DNA of 64,000 nucleotides from Treponemataceae bacterium (GTDB taxonomy: Bacteria > Spirochaetota > Spirochaetia > Treponematales > Treponemataceae), in contig OY762953.2 in assembly GCA_963667185.2 (NCBI GenBank), positions 1,776,129 to 1,840,128 of the forward strand. The letters run 5' to 3'. The notes under the pieces were generated by a model. It was not told the origin of the DNA, ran no database searches, and was given only the letters and a program-made list of their open reading frames with translations. The position numbers and the translations under genes are program-made. Shown piece by piece: positions 1 through 8,899 of the stretch (the stretch's first letter is position 1; the number at the start of each line of letters is the position of its first letter).

Positions 1-2
1 TC

Positions 3-188
3 CGTGACGAGATCGATTCGCGGATAAACCACGCCGCGGGATTCAGGCCCTTCGAGTTCATTTTTCGCTTCTGTCTGCTCAAGGATTCCTTTCAGGTCGG
101 ACGCGAACTTTCCGGCAAGCAGGAGATGATGCGACACCGGATCAACGAGCTGTACAAGGCCGAGATCGCCTCGCTCTTCAACGAATAG
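3..188 (+). CDS. 3' end of unidentified gene (partial, continues upstream of window)
   Basis: Frame 3 is open from the window edge to TAG 186-188 (...GKQEMMRHRINELYKAEIASLFNE*). Not in the ORF track because no start lies in the window. No diagnostic motif. Confidence 0.35.
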   Translation, partial: RDEIDSRINHAAGFRPFEFIFRFCLLKDSFQVGRELSGKQEMMRHRINELYKAEIASLFNE

Positions 189-202
189 AGGCGTTAAGGC
201 GA

Positions 203-232
203 TTGACGGCGCGCGGTCGATGCGGGTATAAC
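203..232 (+). promoter_or_regulatory. sigma70-like promoter TTGACG-N18-TATAAC, 6 nt before ATG 239 (leaderless layout)
   Basis: Read directly: TTGACG 203-208, TATAAC 227-232. No SD. Confidence 0.45.
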
Positions 233-238
233 AAACGC

Positions 239-652
239 ATGTTCCTGCTGATAATTTGCGCTCTTAGCGCTCTTTGCGCGATCGCCGCCGCCGTCGCCCT
301 TCGCCTTTGCCTTCCCGGCTGGAAGACGCTTTCCGGGCTTTCCCGCGTCGCACCTGATCGGGCGGCGAACATCAATGCGCACAGCCTGCGCGAAGGGCTC
401 TCGGTTGCCTTTTTTCTTCTTGCCGCCGGTCTTTGTACCCTGGTGATTCTCCTTGCGTTTCGCCTCATTTCGGCCGCCCTCGCGAACTCGCTTTTTTTCG
501 GCCTTGCACTCGTCGCGTTCGACGCCGTCCTCGTGATCTATCGGAGATGCGACAAAAATCAGTATTCAAAAGCCGTTCACCGTTCGTCGCGCCTCGTCGC
601 CCTTGCCGGTAACGTACTTCTTCTCGCGCTCTGCGCCCTTTCATTTCTATAA
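239..652 (+). CDS. small polytopic membrane protein, unknown function
   Basis: ORF 203..652 trimmed to ATG 239 (MFLLIICALSALCAIAAAV...). About 4 hydrophobic segments. A promoter-like TTGACG-N18-TATAAC ends 6 nt before this ATG. Confidence 0.5.
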   Translation: MFLLIICALSALCAIAAAVALRLCLPGWKTLSGLSRVAPDRAANINAHSLREGLSVAFFLLAAGLCTLVILLAFRLISAALANSLFFGLALVAFDAVLVIYRRCDKNQYSKAVHRSSRLVALAGNVLLLALCALSFL

Positions 653-775
653 AAAGTTATCGTGTATCGACCGGTGTATCCGCGCTCCCAACTTGAAGAA
701 ATGCACCGGGCGTACTACACTGGTTTGTACGAGAGTTGCAGACGGAGCCCACGCGTCTTGCCTCGGGGAGAAGCA

Positions 776-2572
776 ATGGCATCAGGTTTTTTCAGGCGAC
801 TTTTCCTCACGGGTGTTCTGGCATTTGCCGTCACCGTCGCGTTTTCGTCATGCGTCTTTTTTGAGAAGAGTTCCGGTTCGGATTCTTCGGTGGACGTGCC
901 GATAGCGTACGACTCCGCGAATCCCGTCACGAAGCTCGACACGAGCGCAGGGCCCCTCCATGTAACGGTAAGTAATCTCTCGGGCAAGAGCGTTTTCCTC
1001 GTAAAATGCAATCTTTCGCCAAGCGACGCGGAGTCGGGAACGACCGGCTTGATAGACGAATCGTCCGTCGAAAGCGGAAGGTCAGCGGCCCCTGCAGACT
1101 CTGCTCTTGCCGGGCGAAGCATTTCGCTCGCGGGAGGAAACGCGTCTGCGGTTTCAGGTACCTTCGGGGACGTCACGCGGCTCGACAACATTCACGCACG
1201 AAACTTTACGTCCAGCTCTGCAAGCCATGCGCGTGGGGCGAGATCGGTGACACTCGCAGAAAGTCTCGTCACGCCATCTGCGGTCTATGTGAGCCCGAGT
1301 CTTGGAGATTCAAAGTCATTTTCAGTTGAAGGCCCGTATCAAGCAGACGGGGTTACCCAATACTGGACAACAGTCAATGCCACGCTTCGCGCAGGCGGCG
1401 CTCATTGTCTTGTCTGGGTTGAGGATCCGCTGTACGACAATAGCTCGTCTGAATCTACTGATGGAAAAATCAAGAGTGCGCAGGCTGCGGAGATCGCGGC
1501 GAAGTTTGATACGATTTACTACCCCGAGACGGCTCTCCTGGGCTATGAGTACGGCGGTGATCCTTCGTCCGCAACCTATAAGGGCGTCGACGGCGAGGCG
1601 CGCATCAATATACTCGTCTGCGACATCAACTACGATTCCTCGGCCTCGCAGGAAGACGGCGTGGTCGGTTACTTCTGGGCAAAGGATCTTCTTCCCGATG
1701 AGTACTTTGGAACATACGTCGAGGCGAATCCTGTCAGCTCGACGAACGTCAAATCGAACAAGGCCGAGATTTTTTACCTCGACGCGCTTTTCGCGGATAA
1801 ATATCCCCTCGTCGCGTACTCCACCCTCGCGCACGAGTTCCAGCACATGATCAATTTCAACCAGAAGAACATCAGGCTCAATAATCTGTCCCTGGTTCCG
1901 ACCTGGTATAACGAGATGCTTTCGATGGTGACGGAGGACCTCCTCTCGCCGACGCTCGGAATCGGCTTTACCGCGAAGGAACATCCGCAATACCGCTTTG
2001 CGTATTTTAACTATTACTATCGCGGAACGGGACTGACCTATTGGCCGAGCGACAATACCGTCTCGCAATATTCGTATCCCTTTGCCTACGCGTTCGGCGC
2101 GTATCTTGCGCGAAACTACGGCGGGGCGAAACTCGTCGAGGCAATGATGGATACCGATTCTGCGGGCATAGACTCGGTGTCGGGTGCCTTTACGGCGCTC
2201 GGCCTTTCCGCTGATTTTACCGACGCGTTCCTCAAGTTCGGCGAGGCGCTTGTCTATACATCACCATCGGCGCCCGCAAGCGTCAATACGTATAACCGGA
2301 AACCTGCCGATTACTCCCTGTCGACTTCGAACGGTACCTTTACCTACTCGTTTACCCCGTTCGACATCTGGTCTCTTCCGAACGTCAACAAGGATTCGAC
2401 CAGTCAAGACGCCTATGGGCCTTCAATTTTTTTATCGAGCGACGCCGGGATCAGTGCTTACGGAATTTCCCTCGAGAGCGTCAACGCGCTCATAGGCGTT
2501 TCCGGAACCGTTTCCTTTGACATCGCAATTCCGGCTGATCCCGATGTCGCGATGTACGTCATGATTAAATAG
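776..2572 (+). CDS. secreted zinc metalloprotease lipoprotein (HExxH); M30/hyicolysin-like family is only a guess
   Basis: ORF 662..2572 trimmed to ATG 776 preceded by GGGGAGA. Signal peptide with lipobox (TVAFSSC). Zinc motif LAHEFQHMINF. Confidence 0.7.
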   Translation: MASGFFRRLFLTGVLAFAVTVAFSSCVFFEKSSGSDSSVDVPIAYDSANPVTKLDTSAGPLHVTVSNLSGKSVFLVKCNLSPSDAESGTTGLIDESSVESGRSAAPADSALAGRSISLAGGNASAVSGTFGDVTRLDNIHARNFTSSSASHARGARSVTLAESLVTPSAVYVSPSLGDSKSFSVEGPYQADGVTQYWTTVNATLRAGGAHCLVWVEDPLYDNSSSESTDGKIKSAQAAEIAAKFDTIYYPETALLGYEYGGDPSSATYKGVDGEARINILVCDINYDSSASQEDGVVGYFWAKDLLPDEYFGTYVEANPVSSTNVKSNKAEIFYLDALFADKYPLVAYSTLAHEFQHMINFNQKNIRLNNLSLVPTWYNEMLSMVTEDLLSPTLGIGFTAKEHPQYRFAYFNYYYRGTGLTYWPSDNTVSQYSYPFAYAFGAYLARNYGGAKLVEAMMDTDSAGIDSVSGAFTALGLSADFTDAFLKFGEALVYTSPSAPASVNTYNRKPADYSLSTSNGTFTYSFTPFDIWSLPNVNKDSTSQDAYGPSIFLSSDAGISAYGISLESVNALIGVSGTVSFDIAIPADPDVAMYVMIK

Positions 2573-2582
2573 GAGCCGTCCG

Positions 2583-3095
2583 ATGAAACGACGCGATATG
2601 GTCACCAGAATTTCCCTGCACGGCGCGGCACTTGCGTTTGTCCTTCCCCTTGCCCTCATTACGGTGACCGGTTGCAGTACCGTGCGTTCCTGTGGCTCTG
2701 CGCGTTCCGACTCCGACGGGAATTCCGCGCAGAACGAGCGAACGGCGACTGTCCTTCAGGATAGCGCTCCGCGAGCAGGCGGTGACGTTCCGTCCGAAGG
2801 CAAGTTCCTCGGGAAAGTCGACGGCGATATAGAAGGAACGCGCGTAACCGTTCGCGGGCGCGTCATGATGTACGGGAACGCCCCGCACGAGACTTCCGCG
2901 TTCACGCTCGAGGACGGCTCGGGTTCGCTTGCGTTCTATCCCGATTCCCGCGAACGCGAGGCGCGCGCCCTTCAGGGCAAACTGGTAGAGCTTGAAGCGA
3001 TTCTCCTTGACCCGAGCGTGCCGCACGCGGGGACAAGGGACGCCTTTCAACCTTCCGGAACGATCGAGCCCTTATCCTGGAAGATTGTCAACTGA
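2583..3095 (+). CDS. lipoprotein, unknown function
   Basis: AGGAG upstream of the ATG. Signal peptide with lipobox (LITVTGC). 10 nt after the protease stop. Confidence 0.55.
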   Translation: MKRRDMVTRISLHGAALAFVLPLALITVTGCSTVRSCGSARSDSDGNSAQNERTATVLQDSAPRAGGDVPSEGKFLGKVDGDIEGTRVTVRGRVMMYGNAPHETSAFTLEDGSGSLAFYPDSREREARALQGKLVELEAILLDPSVPHAGTRDAFQPSGTIEPLSWKIVN

Positions 3096-3114
3096 TCGCG
3101 TGCCGTGCTATTCT
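3085..3114 (+). promoter_or_regulatory. promoter TTGTCA-N18-TGcTATTCT, 6 nt before ATG 3121 (leaderless layout)
   Basis: TTGTCA 3085-3090, TGc 3106-3108, TATTCT 3109-3114. Lies inside the 3' end of the preceding gene. Confidence 0.5.
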
Positions 3115-3120
3115 GTAGGC

Positions 3121-4263
3121 ATGAGGCGCGCCCTTCCGTTTATTCTTGCATTTCTCATTGCCGCAACGGCTGTTTTCCCGCAAGTGGCGAACCCGCAAGC
3201 TAACTCGCAAGTGGCGAACCCGCTTACCGGCGTTTGGTCAAACGGCAGCCGCTTTATCGAGTTTGCCGGGAACGGTACGATGCGCACCGTGCTTAAAAGC
3301 TATTACGGTTTTGTGTACGAAGACCGCGAATGGATGCCCTACTCGGTAGCGCCGCTTGAGTTTGCGCCCGAGACTCCCGCGGCGGAAGGGACTCCTTCCG
3401 GAGGCGCTGACCGGACCCTGTACACCTCGTCGGGCCCAGCTCCCGTGATCGCGCCGGCAGACGCCCTCGGCGTGACCATCACGGCAAATGAGCCGCCTGC
3501 AGTCGACTCAGGCGTGTCCTCTCCCGAAGGCAGCCGCGCAATCTCCCAATCCTTTCTCCTGAAACTTCACTATCCGAAAGAAAAACGCGAGACTTCTATC
3601 CCGCTCGCGGTTATCGGCGACGGCATGTATTTCCGCTTCTATCAGCGATTCGCTTCCGCGAACGCTGACGCGAGTTCTCCTGCCGGGCTTGACGGTTTTT
3701 GGGTTGCCGCGGGCAACGTTGATTCACTGAAGCTCTACGCAGTCGAGGGAGAGCAGGAATTTTATTGCTACTATTTCAGGGGTGGCGAGTATTACCGCGT
3801 CAGGTATTGGATGACGGACGCGCGGGCGAAGGACGTGCAGGCATCCTTTGCGGCCCGAGACGGTACGACGCTCGCGATTCCGAAGTTTATCCGGATCGCG
3901 GACGCGCTGTATACCTGCGTTACCGGCACGGGAAAGACGCTCCGCAATTTTGAAAGCGGAACGTTCACGTCGTCAGGCGGTGCGCTTTCCTTCAAGCCCT
4001 CGGCTGTTGTGTTTGCGGGTCAGGCAGCGGCTGTGCGAACGCCGCTCAAGTTCGCCCTATCTGCCGACGGCGCGACACTCGCGCTCGGTGATCCCTATCT
4101 TGTCCGGTCGAAGGTTGCAAACCTTACCGCGGAGATCAAGGCGCACAATGCGCTTCGTCGACCGCCGCGAAAACCGATTTTCGATTTTATGAAGCTTGAT
4201 TTTCATTGGGACGAGATTGAAAAAATCAGGAATAACGGAAAGACGCCCGGCGCGGGATCTTGA
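3121..4263 (+). CDS. secreted protein, unknown function
   Basis: ORF 2992..4263 trimmed to ATG 3121 (MRRALPFILAFLIAATAVFPQ signal peptide). Extended -10 TGcTATTCT ends 6 nt upstream. Confidence 0.55.
   Translation: MRRALPFILAFLIAATAVFPQVANPQANSQVANPLTGVWSNGSRFIEFAGNGTMRTVLKSYYGFVYEDREWMPYSVAPLEFAPETPAAEGTPSGGADRTLYTSSGPAPVIAPADALGVTITANEPPAVDSGVSSPEGSRAISQSFLLKLHYPKEKRETSIPLAVIGDGMYFRFYQRFASANADASSPAGLDGFWVAAGNVDSLKLYAVEGEQEFYCYYFRGGEYYRVRYWMTDARAKDVQASFAARDGTTLAIPKFIRIADALYTCVTGTGKTLRNFESGTFTSSGGALSFKPSAVVFAGQAAAVRTPLKFALSADGATLALGDPYLVRSKVANLTAEIKAHNALRRPPRKPIFDFMKLDFHWDEIEKIRNNGKTPGAGS
3179..3223 (+). repeat. 18-nt perfect direct repeat (CGCAAGTGGCGAACCCGC) with 9-nt spacer, coding
   Basis: Copies at 3179-3196 and 3206-3223. 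Encodes (P)QVANP..QVANP just after the signal peptide. Confidence 0.85.
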
Positions 4264-4309
4264 ACGACTCCGGGTCGTTACGGTTTCCCCCGCGCCAGAA
4301 TCTTCGGTA

Positions 4310-5947
4310 TTAAATGTCGAACTTTTTGAGCGCGCCTTTGTAGTGCTCGCGCCTTATTTCCTTTACCTGCTCGTCGGCTGCGTAGTCGTCGAAGGGCATC
4401 ATGCGATCGATGATTCCGGCTGGAGTAATCTCTACGATGCGGTTTGCGATCGAGTTGATGAACTCGTGGTCGTGGCTGTTGAAGAGCACGACGCCCGGAA
4501 ATTCCTCGAGCGCTTCGTTGAGGCTCGTGATCGCCTCGAGGTCGAGGTGGTTGGTCGGCTCGTCCATGATGAGGACGTTCGCGCCCGAGAGCATCAGCTT
4601 CGAAAGCATGCAACGGACCTTTTCTCCTCCCGAAAGAACCTTCACGGGCTTGAGGGATTCGTCGCCCGAAAAGAGCATGCGGCCAAGAAAGCCGCGCACG
4701 TAACCGTCGTCCTGTTCGGGCGAGTACTGGCGGAGCCAGTCGGTGATGTTCAGGTCGTTCGCGAAAAACTTCGTGTTGTCCTTGCCGAGGTACGTGAACT
4801 TCGCCGTCTGTCCCCAGTATATGTCTCCCGAGTCGGGCGTGACCTCGCCGGCGAGAATATCGAAAAACGCGCTTTTTGAGTTATGCTCCATGCCGACGAA
4901 GGCGATCTTGTCGCCCCGGTTTACGGTGAGGTCGAAATTCTTCAGGAGCTGGACGCCCTCGTAGGAATAGTTGAGTTTTTCGGCGCGCACGACGTTGTTG
5001 CCGATCTCGCGATCGGGCTTGAAGTTGACGTACGGGAACTTTCGCGTGGTGACTTCGAGGGTTTCGACGGCGAGCTTGTCGTAGACGCGCTTGCGGCTCG
5101 TGGCCTGCTTGCTCTTCGACGCGTTCGCCGAGAAGCGGAGGATGAACTCGCGGAGGTCGGCCATCTTGTCCTCGCGCTTTTTCTGCTGGTCGCGGGCCTG
5201 GCGCTGCATGATCTGGCTCATCTGGTACCAGAAATCGTAATTGCCCGAGTACGAGCGTATCTTCCCAAAGTCGATGTCGCAGATGTTCGTGCAAACGGTG
5301 TTCAAAAAGTGACGGTCATGGCTGACGACGATAACGGTGTTCGGAAAGTCCATCAGGAAATCCTCGAGCCAGGTTATCGACTCAAGGTCGAGACCGTTCG
5401 TCGGTTCGTCGAGAAGGAGGATGTCCGGCGTTCCGAAAATCGCCTGCGCGAGAAGCACGCGCACTTTCTGCCCTTCGTCGAGCTCCCCCATGTTTTTGTC
5501 ATGATGGGTTTCCTCGAGTCCGAGACCCGAAAGCATTTTTTCAATTTCGTTTTCCGCTTCCCAGCCGCCGAGCTCGGCGAATTCGGCTTCGAGATCGGCC
5601 GCGCGAATGCCGTCGGCTTCGGTGAAATCGGCCTTCTCGTAAATAGATTCGCGTTCTTTGAGCGTTGAAAAAAGCTTCGGATAGCCCATCATGACCGTGT
5701 CCTTGACGGAATACGCGTCGAAGGCAAAGTGGTCCTGCTTGAGGACGGCCATGCGCTGTCCGGCGGGGATGATGACGTCGCCCCGGTCGTGCTCGAGTTC
5801 TCCCGAAAGGATCTTGAGGAAGGTCGACTTTCCGGCGCCGTTTGCGCCGATGATGCCGTAGCAATTGCCCGGCGTGAATTTGAGGTTGACGTCCTTGAAA
5901 AGGGGCTTGTCGCTGAAGGTCAGGCTAAGGTCGGTTACTGTGATCAT
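4310..5947 (-). CDS. ybiT: ABC-F family ATPase (YbiT-like; two ABC domains, no membrane domain)
   Basis: 545 aa, colinear with my recollection of E. coli YbiT. NBD1 has Walker A GANGAGKST and Walker B LLLDEPTN. NBD2 has signature LSGGEKVR and Walker B LIMDEPTN, but its P-loop is degenerate (GMEHNSKS). Confidence 0.85.
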   Translation of the reverse strand: MITVTDLSLTFSDKPLFKDVNLKFTPGNCYGIIGANGAGKSTFLKILSGELEHDRGDVIIPAGQRMAVLKQDHFAFDAYSVKDTVMMGYPKLFSTLKERESIYEKADFTEADGIRAADLEAEFAELGGWEAENEIEKMLSGLGLEETHHDKNMGELDEGQKVRVLLAQAIFGTPDILLLDEPTNGLDLESITWLEDFLMDFPNTVIVVSHDRHFLNTVCTNICDIDFGKIRSYSGNYDFWYQMSQIMQRQARDQQKKREDKMADLREFILRFSANASKSKQATSRKRVYDKLAVETLEVTTRKFPYVNFKPDREIGNNVVRAEKLNYSYEGVQLLKNFDLTVNRGDKIAFVGMEHNSKSAFFDILAGEVTPDSGDIYWGQTAKFTYLGKDNTKFFANDLNITDWLRQYSPEQDDGYVRGFLGRMLFSGDESLKPVKVLSGGEKVRCMLSKLMLSGANVLIMDEPTNHLDLEAITSLNEALEEFPGVVLFNSHDHEFINSIANRIVEITPAGIIDRMMPFDDYAADEQVKEIRREHYKGALKKFDI

Positions 5948-5955
5948 ATGCCTAA

Positions 5956-5984
5956 AGAATACCGGAAAAAGGGACGGTTTGCAA
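5956..5984 (-). promoter_or_regulatory. promoter TTGCAA-N17-TATTCT, 8 nt before ABC-F ATG 5947 (leaderless layout)
   Basis: Minus-strand reading: TTGCAA 5984-5979, TATTCT 5961-5956. Confidence 0.5.
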
Positions 5985-6010
5985 CCGCGGAGAGCCTTTC
6001 ACTCACCCGG

Positions 6011-6042
6011 GCCTGACGACCTGAATCGCGTCAGGCTTTTTT
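6011..6042 (+). terminator. hairpin plus T-tract oriented on the plus strand, overlapping the EamA stop codon
   Basis: GCCTGACG-N10-CGTCAGGC followed by TTTTTT on the plus strand only. No plus-strand gene ends here. Confidence 0.3.
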
Positions 6043-6903
6043 CGGGTTGCGTACTCTCAGCTGGTTCAGAATCAGTCCCGCAAACAGGAGCGCCGTTCCC
6101 GCGATAAAACGGAGCGTGATCGCGTTCCCCAGAAAAAGGCAACCGGCGAGTACCGTGAGCGGGATTTTCGCGAAGGTGTGGACGCTTCCCTCCGTCGTCG
6201 GAATATCGCGAAGCCCGATCGTGATGCAGATTTGCGCGTAGTACGCGCCCGCGGCTGCGAGGACGAGAAGGGTGAATGACACGGGATCGAGGCGTATCGC
6301 CTGGGGAAGAGAGAAGGCTGTCGCGAGGACTCCGACGAAGCATACCCCGAGATAGATGACGACCGGGTCCTCGGTTTTCGACGCGACCTTGTTGAAGTGA
6401 TACGAAATGCCCGCGAGGATTCCGCTTGCGAGTCCGATTACGTCTGCGACCGGCGGAGCGCGAGAGCCGTCCCAGAGCACGAGGGCGATCCCCGAAAAAG
6501 CGATGAGCAGTCCGATTATCGTGTTCATGCGCACCCGGTCGCGGAGAAAGACGATCGCGATGATCGCGACGAAGAGCGGGAAGCTGTTGTTGAAGAGGCT
6601 TGCGCGGCCGGGGCTGCCGAGCGCGATGGCCACATAGTAAAGCGTCATGCCTGCCGCGCCGAAGATTCCCCGCCCGAGCCAGGGCTTGAACCGCTCGATC
6701 CGGAAGGGTTTTTTCTCGAGTCGCAGTTGGGTAAAGCCGATCGCGAGCCCGATGAGGAAGCGGCAGAACGACGTGAAGTAGCCGTCAAAGCGGGAGGAGA
6801 AGAGGCTCACGCAGACGGCGACGCCCGCGAAGAGGAGGTTCGATAATTGGAGGTACAGGACCGACTGGGTCCGCGTCAGGGGTTTTCTCTTTGTGGGCGC
6901 CAA
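6031..6903 (-). CDS. EamA/DMT-family transporter
   Basis: 290 aa, about 10 TM segments with a two-repeat architecture typical of DMT/EamA proteins. TTG start with AGGAGA 9 nt upstream. Confidence 0.65.
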   Translation of the reverse strand: MAPTKRKPLTRTQSVLYLQLSNLLFAGVAVCVSLFSSRFDGYFTSFCRFLIGLAIGFTQLRLEKKPFRIERFKPWLGRGIFGAAGMTLYYVAIALGSPGRASLFNNSFPLFVAIIAIVFLRDRVRMNTIIGLLIAFSGIALVLWDGSRAPPVADVIGLASGILAGISYHFNKVASKTEDPVVIYLGVCFVGVLATAFSLPQAIRLDPVSFTLLVLAAAGAYYAQICITIGLRDIPTTEGSVHTFAKIPLTVLAGCLFLGNAITLRFIAGTALLFAGLILNQLRVRNPKKA

Positions 6904-6916
6904 TGGCTCGCGTCTC

Positions 6917-8788
6917 CTAGTGGGTCTTAAAGCTCGCGACCGACCCGTCCATTATCCCGATTGCCACTGCGGTATCGTCGGCGAGTTCGGTAAGTCTCGC
7001 GGAATACGCGTTTATATTGTCCGTCGAGGTACGCATTCGCGCCATGCTCCCCGTTATCTCTCCCGACATGTCGCGGAGCCGGCTGATCGCCGAAAGCACG
7101 GTCGCGTTTCCGGCGTTCATCTGGCGGGAATCGCTTTGTACCTGCTGGGTGATCGCGTTCATCGCCTTGAGCGCCTCGAGTATTTCCATCGACCCGCTTT
7201 TTTGCTCGACCATCGCCTGCTCGACTTCCTTGACGAGAGAGTCCGTTTCGCCGATAAGGTCGACGACGCGGGAAAACGCCGTTTCCGACCGTTTCGAGGT
7301 CGATACGACGCCGTCTATCGCGTCCTGAACGAGACCTATTTCCTTGCTGATGTTTTTCGACTGTTCCGCCGAGGTTTCCGCGAGTTTGCGGATCTCGTCG
7401 GCGACGACCGAGAAGCCGCGCCCCGCGTCCCCTGCGTGGGCCGCCTCTATCGCGGCGTTCATCGCGAGGAGGTTTGTCTGGCTCGCGATGTCCGATATCA
7501 CCTGGTTCGCCTCGAAGAGGGTTTGCGACCGTTCGGAGATTTGCTTTATGCGCTCGTCAGAGTCGGTCTGCGCCTCCTGACCCTCGGCCGAAGCCTCAAG
7601 GAGTTTCGTAAAGCGGTCCGCCATCTTGTTCGTCGACGCGGTGATTGAGTTGATGTTGCCGACCATTTCCTCGATGGATGCGGAGGCCTCGGTGACGCTC
7701 GACGCCTGCTCGGTGATGAGCCGCTCGAGCGACTCGATGCCGCGCGCGATTTGCTCGACCGCTCCCGAGGACTCCTGCACGCTTTCGGATTGCGCGCTCA
7801 CGCGGCCGGTAACTTCCCGCGCGCTTTCGGCGATTTGCCCGTTCGCGGCGGCGGAATTTCCCGCGCCGGCGCGGAGCTCCTCGCCGAGAACGGTGAGTTT
7901 CCCCTGCGCGTCCTTGAGATTAAGCATGCTTACCGAAAGACCTTGGCAGAATTCGTTGACGCGCCCCGAAATGAAACCGAGCTCGTCGACGGAAAATATC
8001 CTGATCCTCCCCGCGAGGTTCTTTTCGTTCGCGGTAAGTTCAATGAGCTGTTTGATGAGCGTCTGATACACCATGGAATTTCCCCGGGTCCACAGCAGTA
8101 TGAGAATCCCCACGATCATGAGAAACACGCAGATGAAACTAACCGAAAAGACTGACTGAGCCGCCACTGCCGCCGCGCTTTCGCCGCTTGGCCGTATAAC
8201 GAGAATTCCCTTGAGGGAGAGCGTCGCGAGTATTGAAAGGATCGCGATGAAAAAAGGGATAATAAAGTTCTTGTTTCGCTGCCGGGGGTATTGAAGATTT
8301 TTCGGATAGGTTACGAGCTTATGGTCGCCCAGCGTCAGGGAGACTGCTTGATCGCCGAGCACGTAGAGATAGGCCCCCGCGAGCAGTGAAAGGGCGAATA
8401 CGCTGAGCGAAATGGATGAGGCGGCGGCTTTCTCGAGTCCGAGTTTTCCCGATAAAAAAGAGAAGCCGAGCGCATAGGCGCCTGATATGACGATGAAAAA
8501 GACCATCGCGTTCAGCGGGGCCTTTCCGAGCCTGTCGAGCGCTTTCAGGTATGCGTCCTGGTCGCTTTCGATCGAGGCGAAGTCGGCCCTGAAGGCGTGA
8601 GACGCGATACCGACGAGCAGGTTGCTCAGTATGAGGTACGCGAGGGTCGTGCCAAGGTAAGGCGTGTCGCCCGGGGCTGATCCGGGAAAGAGCCCTGAGG
8701 CGTATATCATGAGGATAAGCGCGCCCAACGTGGTGACCGCCGTGGCGCTTCCGATCAGAATCCGAAAGCGAGTTGCTTTGCTTTTCAT
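6917..8788 (-). CDS. methyl-accepting chemotaxis protein
   Basis: Highly conserved signalling hairpin [34 protein letters not shown]-terminal multi-TM sensor region. Start trimmed to MKSK (GAGGGA upstream). Confidence 0.9.
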   Translation of the reverse strand: MKSKATRFRILIGSATAVTTLGALILMIYASGLFPGSAPGDTPYLGTTLAYLILSNLLVGIASHAFRADFASIESDQDAYLKALDRLGKAPLNAMVFFIVISGAYALGFSFLSGKLGLEKAAASSISLSVFALSLLAGAYLYVLGDQAVSLTLGDHKLVTYPKNLQYPRQRNKNFIIPFFIAILSILATLSLKGILVIRPSGESAAAVAAQSVFSVSFICVFLMIVGILILLWTRGNSMVYQTLIKQLIELTANEKNLAGRIRIFSVDELGFISGRVNEFCQGLSVSMLNLKDAQGKLTVLGEELRAGAGNSAAANGQIAESAREVTGRVSAQSESVQESSGAVEQIARGIESLERLITEQASSVTEASASIEEMVGNINSITASTNKMADRFTKLLEASAEGQEAQTDSDERIKQISERSQTLFEANQVISDIASQTNLLAMNAAIEAAHAGDAGRGFSVVADEIRKLAETSAEQSKNISKEIGLVQDAIDGVVSTSKRSETAFSRVVDLIGETDSLVKEVEQAMVEQKSGSMEILEALKAMNAITQQVQSDSRQMNAGNATVLSAISRLRDMSGEITGSMARMRTSTDNINAYSARLTELADDTAVAIGIMDGSVASFKTH

Positions 8789-8828
8789 ATCGTTATTCCC
8801 TCTTGTCATGCACATGCGTTTATAAATT

Positions 8829-8852
8829 AAAAAAACCCGGCCATTGGCCGGG
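8829..8852 (-). terminator. rho-independent terminator of the helicase gene
   Basis: Minus strand: CCCGGCC-AAT-GGCCGGG followed by T7. Preceded by a second hairpin at 8858-8891. Confidence 0.8.
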
Positions 8853-8899
8853 TCTGTCGGTTCGCGTCGGTGCTTCGCACGATGCGAACCGTAACAAAA

